A DNA stretch of 64,000 bases from Octopus vulgaris (lineage: Eukaryota). A model generated the notes under the pieces. The model was given only the letters and a program-made list of their open reading frames with translations, searched no databases and had not been told where the DNA came from. The number at the start of each line of letters is the position of its first letter. Position 1 is the stretch's first letter. Positions 25,785-38,087 of this stretch are shown piece by piece. A program made the position numbers and the translations under genes. The DNA is taken from the NCBI GenBank assembly GCA_951406725.2, contig OX597816.1, forward strand, positions 172,298,001 through 172,362,000, written 5' to 3'.

Positions 25785-26253
25785 GTTGCTCAAAACCACA
25801 TACTGAAAATATTAGAAATAGCAGCCAAATTGATTACTCTTTCTCCTGCTTGTAACTCACGTGGTAATTTGTAACTCACTTTTGTAACTCACGTGGTAAT
25901 TTTGGAGGGAAATGCGAATTAGCATGTTTATATAAATGTGGGGATGCTAGCAGTCCGTTAGATCGTTCGATGTCGCTGGTCGGGCCGGTGTAACGGGTAA
26001 GTTTTTTTCCCTAGCATTTCCAGATTTATTGGAAATATTATATTGACAAGGAAATGAGCCTTCGGCTCTAATCCAGAAGCGGTTTGTCGATTCGTCTATA
26101 ATTAATCCATAGGCTGAGATTTCGTTATTTTCATTCTTTTTACCATATACGGGTTACAAATTCTGTTTGTTTGTGGAGACTTTTATTAGTAGGAGAAATA
26201 GTGATCAATTTGGCTGCTATTTCTAATATTTTCGGTATGTGATTTTGAGCAAC
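25785..26253. repeat. unclassified element bounded by about 63-bp inverted repeats
   Basis: gttgctcaaaaccacatactgaaaatattagaaatagcagccaaattgattactctttctcct (25785-25847) is the reverse complement of 26191-26253 with few mismatches. Confidence 0.8.
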
Positions 26254-26335
26254 ACACACACACACATATATATACATACACACACACACACACACACACA
26301 TATATTTATATATATACATATATATATACACATAT

Positions 26336-26382
<47 letters not shown>

Positions 26383-26622
26383 TATACATATATATATATA
26401 CACATATATATACATATATACAGACATATATATATATATATATATGCACACATATATATACAAACACACATATATATATACACACACACACATATATATA
26501 TACACACATATATATACATACATATATATATATGCACATATATATACACACACACTTATATATCTATACACACATATACATATATATACATATAAATATA
26601 TATCTACACATATATACACACA
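26253..26622. repeat. (TA/CA)n microsatellite
   Basis: Direct inspection. Confidence 0.95.
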
Positions 26623-27994
26623 TGTAATTAATAAGTGTGATTCAATACAATGAACCCATATTTTGAATGCTTAAAATTCTTAAAAAATCGAAACCAAACT
26701 TTCACACCACATTCAGTTGGGATACCCTGTGTCACTTATAGTTATTTTACAATTCATAATATTTATTGCTTATTTACAGTTCATACAGCATTTTCAAGAA
26801 ACTAATTGAGCCGTCGAATTTAGAAATATTTTACAGGTTTCATTGTTTATGTTCGATTACTTCTAATATTGATTTTTTTTGTGTACCCTATTTCTAATTT
26901 TTGCAGCCATTATCACTTTTATACTTTATTTGACACATGAGTAGAACTCATGTGTGGAAACCTTGTGACATACTTAGATTCTTGAAAAAAAAATCAATAA
27001 TAGGGTCCCTCCAATGGATCCTTCTATCTACTACATATTACTAATATTTTATTTGAACAACCCTAGGGAACTAACCCATATCACCTGCAGTTTTTAGTGA
27101 AGTGATCAATATTTAATTCTCAAAATCAGCCAGCCTAATTCTGCATTTCACTACTCAGTTTTGAACTGCTAAACATTATTATTGCACATCCTTGATTTGA
27201 ATCTTTAACTTTAAAGACTTCATTCAGACATTTCTATACATATATACTTTTTTTGAATGCCCATTACTCCGATAATTCTGCATTTTTACTGTTACACTTT
27301 TTCCATGACAGTAGATAAATTTTTTATTCCACAACGTATTTGTAGTGGCTTCATGCAGGCATAGTGTGGATTTGATCCTTGATTGCCAAATTTCACTTAG
27401 CACTTCAACAGTGCTTTTCTCACTGTAAAACAATAGTTTTTCTGTGAATGACAGCCATTATACATTTCCCTGATGCCTTCACTAAGCAGGATAACATCTT
27501 TTTCACTTGACCCTTCTAACCTCTTCTAGGCCACCAGGGGCTGGAATGGAGATAATAGACCTCCACCAAAATCATTTGTTCTCAACAATATGTCTGTCCT
27601 TCTGGTTGCTTTTCGATAGTTATAAAAACAAGAACTCCATAAGCTAAAGGCAGTTATTGAGAGCAACCGTCAGTGAGTGTGAATGTTATTATTGAACTTT
27701 CTTCATTTCATTCCTAAACATTAAACACTTCATTCATATATTTATATACATATATACTACATTTATATATTACCTTTAATGAATTAGCCTTCATAAAGTT
27801 CACCTTTAGTTAGAGCACTTTCTCGCCAACCTCCAACAATCTCTCCCTTCCCCAGGTGACAGTTTTTTCTACTTTTTCATGACGAAAAATACACCTTTTG
27901 TGGCAGTTATAACGAAATTGCTTTCTTATATCTGAGTAATAAGGCATTTCAATAGAACATCTTTACCCCTAGGAATTACCAGGTACACCAGCTA

Positions 27995-27995
<1 letters not shown>
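26600..27995 (+). mobile_element. Helitron remnant (5' boundary approximate)
   Basis: 3' end ccctaggaattaccaggtacaccagCTAG followed by T (decayed subterminal hairpin); 5' region atcgaaaccaaactttcacac resembles Helitron 5' regions. Confidence 0.55.
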
Positions 27996-28041
<46 letters not shown>

Positions 28042-28051
28042 CACAAACATA

Positions 28052-28082
<31 letters not shown>

Positions 28083-28737
28083 TTACATACATACGTATAT
28101 ATGTATACATACATATATATATATTTACATACATATACTCTTTTACTCTTTATTCTTTTACTTGTTTCAGTCATTTGACTGCGATAAAATGTTACCAATT
28201 TGAATATAGAATTTAACAGAATATGCATGAAATTGAGTTTATAATACTGAATTTTGACATGCAGTAGTGTAACTAGAATTTAAACCACCAGAGGTAGACC
28301 TCCACCTCTATTCACCTTCTTTTAGTCATATTAGTAAAGATACAGATAATAGCACAATATGATACTCATGTCTTAACTAAACTGAAATGGCTTTAATTAG
28401 AAATAACTCTCGACCTCTTCATACCAAATGCAAGTCTCTTTCTGTCATACATTTTAGCAACTTTCGTTAGTACTGTATTTTCTGGCATACAAGTCAACGC
28501 AGTATGGAGTGTAATCATTCAAACACCATCATTATCTTTCCAAATCTTGCTGTGTTTCACATAGTCTTTATGGCTCTCCAAAGTTGTCTTGGTGTCAAAG
28601 TCCACCTGCCTATTTTAGCTGCAAATTACGTCCAACTTGTATGTTGGAAAATACGGTTTTCAATATCATTTTATTACGTAATTATAAATTTTTCATTTTA
28701 TTGAAGAATACATTTGAATCTTCATTACATATTTCAG

Positions 28738-28880
28738 GTGTTCTAACAGATTTAACTGGGACCTATAACTTGGCCATGTACATATTTGGAGGTGTTAGTA
28801 TATTTTTTAATATTTTGTTACTAATACTTTTAGTAAATCAGTATCTCAAAGATAACGAAATAAACTTGAAACTGTTTTAA
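28738..28880 (+). CDS. SLC16-family gene, terminal exon (TM12 and stop)
   Basis: atttcAG acceptor, phase 1; GVLTDLTGTYNLAMYIFGGVSIFFNILLLILLV...KLF-TAA matches the MCT G.L.D.TG.Y motif. Confidence 0.92.
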
Positions 28881-29360
28881 ATGTGTTTTTGTATATTTTT
28901 AAAAAAATTCAAGTTTTTGTATATTTAAAAAAAATTCAAGCATGGCCAAATTATTTAGAACTTCATTTTGCAAATATGAGATCCTGTATATGATTCCAAA
29001 GTATAAAATCTTGGGCAAGTGTCTTTTACCATAGCTTTGGGTTAACTCAAGTTTTATGAGGTGAAATTTTTGTAGACCAAAACTGTTTGAAAGCCTGTGT
29101 AATATACTTTACCTGTAATTCAAAGAGCCAACTTTATCATACAGTTTCACACTAATTTTGCCTGAAAATTGTATTTAGAGTATACATACCTGTGGAATAT
29201 TCGCATGCTAATTCCATGATTAGGCCGTTCCATTGATTGAACAATTGGAACTTTCAGCTCTGAAAATAATGGAGATCCACTGACATTTTTACAATTTCTA
29301 TTTTTACACAATATTTTAAAAATCGTATATTATATTTTTATATTTATTTTGTTTTTAAAT

Positions 29361-29366
29361 AATAAA
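29361..29366 (+). terminator. candidate polyadenylation signal of the SLC16 gene
   Basis: AATAAA about 480 bp after the stop, followed by a GT/T-rich tract (ttttgtttgtttgttg). Confidence 0.5.
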
Positions 29367-30984
29367 ACAATTTCCATTATTGCATTTTGTTTGTTTGTTG
29401 ACTTGTTGAGATATAGTCATATGCATGAAGAATTTTTCACTCTTAACCATAAACCAGTTCTTTGAAACAAAATCCCCCATGGATCTGGTTTGAGTTGCAC
29501 AGATGCTTCTTTGCCACACTCACACAGCTTGTGGTTGGCACACGAGAAGCTTACACCAATGAAGTTGTTGTTCATAAAAAATAAAGACATGTTGAAGCTA
29601 ACTTCTGTTTTACAATTCTTACCACCTGATGTCATCATCATCATCATCATCGTTTAGCATCCACTTTCCATGCTAGCATGGGTTGGACGGTTCAACTGGG
29701 GTCTGTGAAGCCAGAAGGCTGCATCAGGCCCAGTCTGATCTGGCAGTGTTTCTACGGCTGGGTGCCTTTCCTATCGCCAAAATATAATGTTTTTATTTTT
29801 AACCCAAAACCTTAGGTAAATGAAGCTAAAAATATTGTGAAAAGATACAAAGACCCTTTCTCTCCTAACCCTGTTAGTCTCTACCCCACCACGTTTTCTC
29901 AACAATAAACCTGTGTAACTCCAACGAGAACTGTCTTAAATCCTGATAAACAGTCTAACCTTTGCTGGTATGGCAGATTGATTGATCTCTCCTATCACTG
30001 GGTCCACCTATTCAACCCATACCATTACCACTCTCCTTCATACTAATCCCTCACATTACTCCTCCTCTCTCCTCTGTAACCATTACTCCCCCACCCAACA
30101 CTGTTCCCTCTGTTATTCTCTCCACTACCATCATCTCGCAACAAATATGTTTCATCCATCATGGAAGCTGTTTTTTTGCCTTGCAAGTTACAAGATGACC
30201 CCCCCCCTCTCAGTGTTGGTGTCACAAAAAGTATCTTGTACACTGTGTGATTAGTAATTGATTTGAGTAATGACAATGCAAGGTTTGAGCGGAAGGCTCT
30301 TTAGTCATGCTGATGGCAAAACAACCTCTACAGTGCTGGTGCCATGAAAAAATACATCCTGTATACTCTGTAAAGTAGTTGGTGTTATGGAAGGTATCTA
30401 ACCATTGAGACCATGCCAAAAATATGCCATTGGAGCAAGACATGGTCTTCTGGTCTGTTGAACAGTCCTCCCTATGGCAGCTTGGAAGGTGGATATAAAA
30501 TGATGGTAATCATAATATAAAAATATGCATGATAAAAGATGAAAATAATCAGAAAAGAAAGAAGTTTAAACAAAATTTGTTTTTTATTGAAATATTCAGT
30601 TTGATTCTGTGATATAAATCTTTTTTTTTTGAGACAAAATATTAAAACTATAATACATAATAAAAATAGTTTTTTTTTCTGATATTGAGTCATTAGAGTT
30701 TGTTAAAATTGTTTCATATATTTAAATTCTAGCCCAAAAATTTATAATAGATATTAATCTTACATGTCTCAAAATATGACTGGTACTAAATTATGAAAAC
30801 ATAACACGAAAATTAGCAACAAAAGTATTTTTGGTACTTAATAATAATAAAATAATAGATATAATACAAAAAGAAAAAAAAAATTAATTTATGTTGACAC
30901 AAGGTAGGTTTCTTTTTTCTTTGATAGAGGAGACTGCCTAATCTACTGAACCCCCCCCCCCACCACCACCATACAGCTACTGCT

Positions 30985-31292
30985 TATTTTATCAATTTCT
31001 GGAAGGATGAAAGGCAAGTTTAGCATTTGTGGGATTAGATCTTGTAACTAAATATCATAATGTATATAGCCTTGTGCACTACTCCCCTGACCATCGCCAC
31101 TGCCTTTAGAATATTGATTTCTATTTTTGGCACAAAGTCAACAGTTTCAGGGAAGCAGATAATCGACTAGTACTTATTTTATCAACCCCGAGAGGATGAA
31201 AGGCAAAGGTGACCTGTGAACTCAGAAGTCAGACGAAGTGCTGCTAAGCATTTTGCCTGGCATGCTAACGATTCTGCTATTTCACTACCTTT
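30985..31292 (-). mobile_element. two decayed copies of SINE family C (Deu/Nin-like domain)
   Basis: ggatgaaaggcaaag and accccgagaggatgaaaggc segments, the reverse of gcctttcatcct..ggggtcgataa. Confidence 0.7.
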
Positions 31293-31819
31293 AGAACATT
31301 AAAAACAATTTTTTAAAATATACAAATAAAAAGATATAACTAAAAAGCTAATAATAAAAAAAAAAATCCTCGCTACAGTTTTGACAAATTATATGCAAAG
31401 AAAGATATATAAATTTTATTCAAAAGAATCTTAAAAAAGTGAAAAATTGAAAAAAAAAACCTTAGTTTTTATCTTGTTTGGTTTTATTTTTGTATCTTTT
31501 TTTAATGGATACCTTATTTAAATTGGTAAAGTTCTAGCTAAGCTGAAGCTGGTGTTGGTTTTGCTGGATCTCATTAATAAAATGCTAAGAAACAATCTTT
31601 TATATTTAAAGCTTGGTTTCATTAAACAAAGTATCTTTGTTACAATACAAACAAATTAGTAAGAGTAGATGATGTAGCAGTGTGGTGATGATGCTAATAA
31701 TTATTATTCTACAATGTAATTTACATTAAATTAATTGCAATTAATCATTAAACACAGGTAGAGGGTGGGAGAATATATTCATAAATAATTTTGCTGTACA
31801 TTTTAAAAATATATATGTA

Positions 31820-32217
31820 CTAGCAGTATCGCCCGGCGTTGCTCGGGTTTGTAAGGGAAATAACTATATAAGCATTTTTAGAGATGTAAAGTATAATAGC
31901 CATCTCAATATGGCTAACCACAAATGGGGGGGGGGTTACTGTAGCTTTTTATGTTCTGAGATTTAATAATACATTTTTAGAGAGTTACTTCCCTTATATA
32001 ATAGCAAAAAAAATGCATTAAAAATGGGAAAAATTGATGGTAAATTTATTTTTAAATCGTAGACTCATCGTAGACGTGCGCTGATACCCAGAAGGGCTCG
32101 ATATGAATCACGACTATAAGATACCCGCTTTTGGTTACACTGCACCGCAAAATGTGGGAGTAGTTAGGAATCTAAATCGTAGGAGACAGACACACAACTT
32201 CACTTTTATATATAAAG
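31820..32217 (-). mobile_element. non-autonomous Helitron family H1
   Basis: Minus strand: 5' ctttatatataaaagtgaagttgtgtgtctgtc ... cccgagcaacgccggg hairpin, CTAG followed by T; five copies in the window. Confidence 0.9.
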
Positions 32218-33748
32218 CTATCACACATTTCATGGATGCAATTCAGTAAAGCGGTATCACATAATTCATCCAAGTAATACAATTTTTGAAAATTTGTTGG
32301 TAATAACATTATTAAATTCTGGGAAAACAGCAAAAGCCAACTCAGAACACTACCAATTTTCCAATTTTACTAATGTAAACATTCCTCTGTTTCAAAGAAC
32401 ATTGTGATCTATGGGCTAGAACTAAAATATGTGGGAAATAAACAAATTTGGCTCATGATGGTTTAACCATGGGTAGGGTCCTTTTTTCTTCTGCCTGAAA
32501 TGTTAGAACAGACCTCTTTACAGAGCAAACTATTTTCTTTCTAAAGTAATTAGTTAATTACAATTATTAATTACACAACTATTTTTAGGGATCAAATTTG
32601 TGAAGAACAGTGTATTGAAGAATTCAAAATAATTGATACTATATATGTAAGAGAATAATTTCAGGAATAAGTTGCCTCAAGCAAGTCTGAAGGATTGTAT
32701 TCTCTTGCTCTCTGAGTTGTGGCTTTGTTTATTGTCTAGCTCCAGGTCATCCATGACCAAGCAGATCTACAATTAGAGGAATCCCAACTATGACTGTCTC
32801 GCCTTTTTTCTGGAGAAACTGTATCTAGAACCACATTATTCAATGTGTTTTTTTTTTATGCATTTTATGATTGTAGGGTGTGATTTGAGAAAGATTAAGC
32901 TACAATTTCTAGCAAATCAAAAGATCAGTAGAGGATCCCTGATTAGATTGTCTAACACTTTACGTTATGTAATTAGTTAAGTCATATACTTCTAATTGTC
33001 TAGAAGCCATACTACTGCTAAATGTATTACTGTGATTACATTTAAATCATTCTAACAAGGCCAAGAATAGCTTCTGGCACTTGGCTAACTAAAGAGTTTC
33101 AAAGCATCATAAAATAATGGATTGCAAAGTTAAAAGATCATGATGCTATTTAATGTTTTATGAAGACAACAATTTGACTTTGCTGTAGATGGAAGGATTA
33201 AATAATTTATAAGACTGTAGAACAATTTATCACAATAGTATTACAAATCTAGATAAATAATGGTCAAATAAATCATGGATTCCTAATGGTCTAAACAATT
33301 TACAGAAGCTATACTTCTGCAAAACAAAGAATCACAAAAGTAATAATAAAGTCCATTGAATCATTGATTGTTTAAGAGAACACAGAAACAAAGATAAATA
33401 TAGAAGAAAGAAATAAGAATTGCTAAAGATGTAATTGTTTAATAGTTTTTGAATCTTTTATGTAACCAAAATTTTAACTGTAAATAATTCAAGCAATTAA
33501 CAAAACAAAGCTTGTTAAAAGTCAAAGGATGAAGCAACTGATCACTGATGATATTTGGATAAATTCTTCAGTTATGAGGTATGAAAATTTTTGGTGTTTC
33601 TCAAAAGAAACTACAGATTGTTCATTCTAAATTTCTTTTAAAATATGTGGTTCCATCATATAAAAAAATAAGTGGAAAAGGAGGGAAGATTTTAAAAGAT
33701 TTTGAACATAAAATTCCTAAAAATTCTTTGGTAATTGAAACTGGTAAT

Positions 33749-33863
33749 TTACAAGTCCTTACAAAGAGAAGGATCATGTGAACGTCCTGAACGTAATTCA
33801 CACAACAAATCATGGCGACAGCTGCCAGAACATTCTCCATTATTTACTGACTTGAACTTGTAC
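33749..33863 (-). CDS. SMPD1: acid sphingomyelinase-like, terminal exon
   Basis: ttccAG acceptor, phase 2; (K)YKFKSVNNGECSGSCRHDLLCELRSGRSHDPSLCKDL-TAA with the four C-terminal-domain cysteines. Confidence 0.93.
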
Positions 33864-33965
33864 CTGGAAAACAAAAATCAAATTAAAATCAGATCATTTC
33901 GAAAAGAGGCTCATGTATAAAAATCTTTGTACAAAAAAGATTGTTTGGTATTGCACATTATTTAA

Positions 33966-35072
33966 CCCTTTCCTTACCAAACCGCCCAAAGCCGCCCGAA
34001 AAATATTTTGGTTAATGTGACCAAACCGCCCAAATTTACCTATTCATATTTAAATGAGAATATCAGAGCAAATCTCTTTAGAACATTCGTGAAAACATGT
34101 GATTATGCTTCATAAACAGTTAATCTACAGTTTTGTACAACGATCGACGTGTAATTTTAATTCCCTGAATTTTGGGAGATTTTTTTCCACATTTTTTTCA
34201 GCATCGATTTTTCTTCAACTTTGAAAATGGATAGGAGTTTCATGTTATCAAGCATTGATTTCGAATTGGAAAATTTGTGAAACAAATACTGGGTACTGTT
34301 GTAGATTTAGTTTTTATACAGGGAAACTAATGTTAGTCAGCATGGCTTAGGGTATGATGTGGTCTGGAAGTTATTGTTTGAAGCGATCAATACGGAAACA
34401 AACTTATGCAGAATGTAAACAAACACAAAATGGGGGTTCAAATTTCGGAAAATTTGTGAAGCAAATACTGGGTACTGCGTGGATTTAGTTTTTATACAGG
34501 GAAAATAATGTTAGTCAGCATGGCCTAGGGAACGATGTGGTCTGGAATTTATCACTTCCATACCATAACCAGGGCCGTATATTATCTTTTGACCGATTTC
34601 TTTAGTTCGGTCAAACTTACGGTGGATTCCAGTATTTTACTTTATTCCACCTTTATGGTACACCTGTTGTGCATTAAATTCAACTGATGATATAGTGATG
34701 TGCACAATTCTTCTTTATCAAAATTTTGTTGCATACCCATTTGAATATTAGCTGATGATTCATTTTCTATGGTGATGTTTAAACAAAATTTTAATATTTT
34801 TACCTTTTGCTCGATTTAAAATTTTAATATTTTTACCTTTTGCTCAATTTACCTGGATTTACCTGTAATTAAAGTCACTTTGAGACAAAAGTTATACAAT
34901 AGAATTTATTAAGAACCCTGTCTTTAATTATGTTCCAAATATCACATTAATATGTTGATAAGTAAAAAAGTTACAGTTATTTAATGAAACAAGCCTAGAT
35001 TCATGATTATTTTAGAATTTAATTGAAACTCATGAGGGGTGTATTTTGATCAGAAATATAGTAACGAAAGGG
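33966..35072 (+). mobile_element. internally deleted piggyBac element
   Basis: TTAA-CCCTTTCCTTAC...GTAACGAAAGGG-TTAA; transposase remnant KWGFKFRKICEANTGYC...HGLGNDVVWNLSLPYHNQGRILSFDRF, partly duplicated. Confidence 0.9.
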
Positions 35073-35759
35073 TTAAGGGTGAACATAGGTTAATCATTAA
35101 AGTACATTTAATGTACAGCTCATGAATTTTAACTAGCTAATTTAATCATCATCATCATCGTTTAACTTCTACCTTCCATGCAGGCATAGGTAGGATGGTT
35201 GACAGGAGCTGGTCAGGGAGAAGACTACCCCAAGATATTGTCTGTTTTGACAGGGCTTTTACGGCTAGATGCCCTTCCTAACACCAACCACTCTGCTGAG
35301 TGGACTTTTTACATGGCACTAGCACAGATGAGGTCAGTTTTAGCATGATTTTTACAGCTGGATGCCCTTCCAAATGCCAACCACTTTACAGTGTGGAGTG
35401 GATGCTTTTTACATGATACCAGCACTAGCAGGGTCACCAAGTAACTTACAAGACAAGGAATTTTGAGAGGGGGCAGGGGGAATTGGATGAGGGGATCTTG
35501 TGTTAGATGGTAAAAGATTAGAGTGTGACAGAGACAGAGAGGCAGAAACAGGTGTCTTGCTATAACAGGGGGCATTGGAGAAGGTGATCCAGTGTCAAAT
35601 GTTGAAATAGTGGCAGAAACAGGTGTCTTGCTCTAGAGGAGGTACATGGTTACCTGGCAAGAGAGAAGAGAGAGGTATAGAGAAAGAGGACAGAAACAGG
35701 TGTACTGATGTAAAGGAGATATTTGGTTCCACACTCTATCTGCTGGTCTCTAAAGAAGC

Positions 35760-36205
35760 TAGGAGTAGAGGAGTGGCTTGTTGGTGTTGTACAAGCCATG
35801 TAAGGTGAGAATTGGCCTTGAATACAGTTATGAATTTAGTGTACAAGTTGGAGTTTATCATGGATCAGTTCTTAGTCCACTCTTATTCATCATAGTTCTC
35901 ATAACAGAAGAATTCGAAATTGAATACTCATGGAACTGCTATAGCTGATGACCTTGCTCTTATTGCAGAATCTGAAGCAGAAGTGGCAAAGTTCCAGGTT
36001 TGGAAACAAAACCTGAAATTAAAGGGCCTTAAAGTTAACCTAACAGAGACTAAAGTTGTTAGCAAGAAGGCAGATAAGACTCTCTTTCTGTCAGGTATAT
36101 GTCCCTGCTCAATATGTAGGAAGTAATGCCATTTGCTGCACCAAGCGTAAGCTATGGATGCATAAGAGATGCAGTAGAATCGCAGGTAGGTTAACAGATA
36201 AGGTC
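35760..36205 (+). mobile_element. RTE LINE RT fragment (degraded)
   Basis: EFSVQVGVYHGSVLSPLLFIIVL, ADDLALIAESE, WKQNLKLKGLKVNLTETKV. Confidence 0.8.
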
Positions 36206-36257
36206 ATACATTTCTTTCTAGTGTCCACTTTTCAAATGGAAAAATCCAAATATGTTG

Positions 36258-36478
36258 ACCCTTTAGCATTTAAATCAACCATATCTAGCTCAAATATTCT
36301 ACCTGTTTTATTTTAAAATTGGCCTGATTTGGCCTCTTGCACCTACCCTACAATGTCATTCTAAAAATAAGCAATCACATCATTGAAATCTCAAAGCTAT
36401 GAGATGATGCATGATTAATTCAAAATAATGTGAACAAATAAGCATTTCATTTGACAGAGAAATCTGAATGCTAAAGAG
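36258..36478. mobile_element. piggyBac-type MITE (family of 8952-9172)
   Basis: ttga-ccctttagcatt...atgctaaagag-ttaa; body is the reverse complement of the 8.9-kb copy. Confidence 0.8.
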
Positions 36479-36869
36479 TTAAACATAGACATACCATCAT
36501 ACTGAACATACTACTGAATCTACATTTCATGAGGCATGTGGCCTAGTGGTTAGGTTACAGTTCGACTCTTGGATCAAGTAGCACATGGCATCCTTGAACA
36601 AGGTGTTCATTTTATGTTGCTTTAGTCTACTCAGCAGAACATGAGTAACAGTGAGCAGCTGGAGCTCAACCTTACAACAGATTGGCATGCAATTCTGCAT
36701 GCCAGTCCGTTGTATGAAGCATTTAGGTGAGTGAAAGTAAAAATCATAGTCACCTTGTCTTGTAAATCTGTATAAGTGTGTCCCATGATCAGAAAGGTAC
36801 AAGGCAGATATTTTTAGGTTACAGTTCTCATTAAACAAATACTTCAGCTATTATTATTATAAGGAGTTA

Positions 36870-37222
36870 TAGTTGTTTCAGTCATTGGACTGCAGCCATG
36901 CTAGGACACCACCTTGAAGAGTTCAGCTGAACAAACCAACCCAAGTACTTATTTTTTCCAGCCAGGTACTTATTCTATCAATCTACTGAATCACTAAGTT
37001 ACAGTGATATAAATAAACCAGCACTGATTGTCAATGTGGTGGGGAGCATAAACACAAACACACACTCACACACAAATGGCAGGCTTCTACACAAATTCAC
37101 CCACAAGGTATTGGTCAACCTGGGGCAGTAAGCAGAAGACACTTGCTGCAGCAGTGGAATTTGAATCTGAAATCATATAGATGCAAAGCAAGCTTCTTAA
37201 CCACCCAGTAATGCCGGCACCT
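36870..37222 (-). mobile_element. SINE family A, older diverged copy
   Basis: ttgtttcagtcattggactgcagccatgctagg... and agaagacacttg segments. Confidence 0.75.
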
Positions 37223-37293
37223 TAATATACATAATATCATTTCAATTGATTTTCCCAAGTTTGCACAAGTAAGATGGCTTAATTGTAGGAACA

Positions 37294-37677
37294 ATACTCT
37301 TTTACTCTTTGACTTGTTTCAGTCATTTGACTGTGGCCATGCTGGAGCACCGCCTTTAGTCGAGTAAATCGACCCAGAGACTTATTCTTTGTAAGACCAG
37401 TACTTATTCTATCGGTCTCTTTTGCCGAACCGCTAAGTGACAGGGACGTAAACACACCAGTATCGGTTGTCAAGCAATGCTAGAGGGACAAACACATATA
37501 TATATATATATACGACAGGCTTCTTTCAGTTTCCATCTACTAAATCCACTCACAAGGCATTGGTCAGCCCGAGGCTATAGCAGAAGACACTTGCCCAAGA
37601 TGCCACGCAGTAGGACTGAACCTGGAACCATGTGGTTGGTTAGCAAGCTACTTAACACACAGCCACTCCTGTGCCTA
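37294..37677 (-). mobile_element. SINE family A
   Basis: Full-length reverse-complement copy. Confidence 0.9.
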
Positions 37678-38087
37678 TAGTTTTTTTTTTTTTTTTTTTT
37701 TTACATATAGATGTTCTTCCTAGTTAAAGTAGATCAAGCAGTTAGATATAAAATCTGCACTTATGACCATATAACCAACAGCTCATCACCATAACCTTAC
37801 ATGCCATTAGTATCTAAATTTGGTGATCCCTGATAGAATATTTTGATTACTATTGGATAAGCTTGCCAAGTGGCTGACCATTCTACAGACATGAATACTC
37901 TTAACATAATTATCAGGTGGAACCAGTATGACATAAGGCTGGGTTTTTGGATTACTCCTGTTCTACCATAGCTTTAGGCTGACTAATGTCTTGTAAGAGG
38001 AATATGGGAGATGGTAACCGATGGTTACTTATAGCATCCCATGGTGCTTTGATGAGTATATATATATATATGTATATTATATATATA

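Noticed and set aside
33581-33920. ORF-track entries 33581-33781, 33622-33840 and 33735-33920
   Set aside because: Wrong frame or antisense to the true SMPD1 last exon and 3'UTR.
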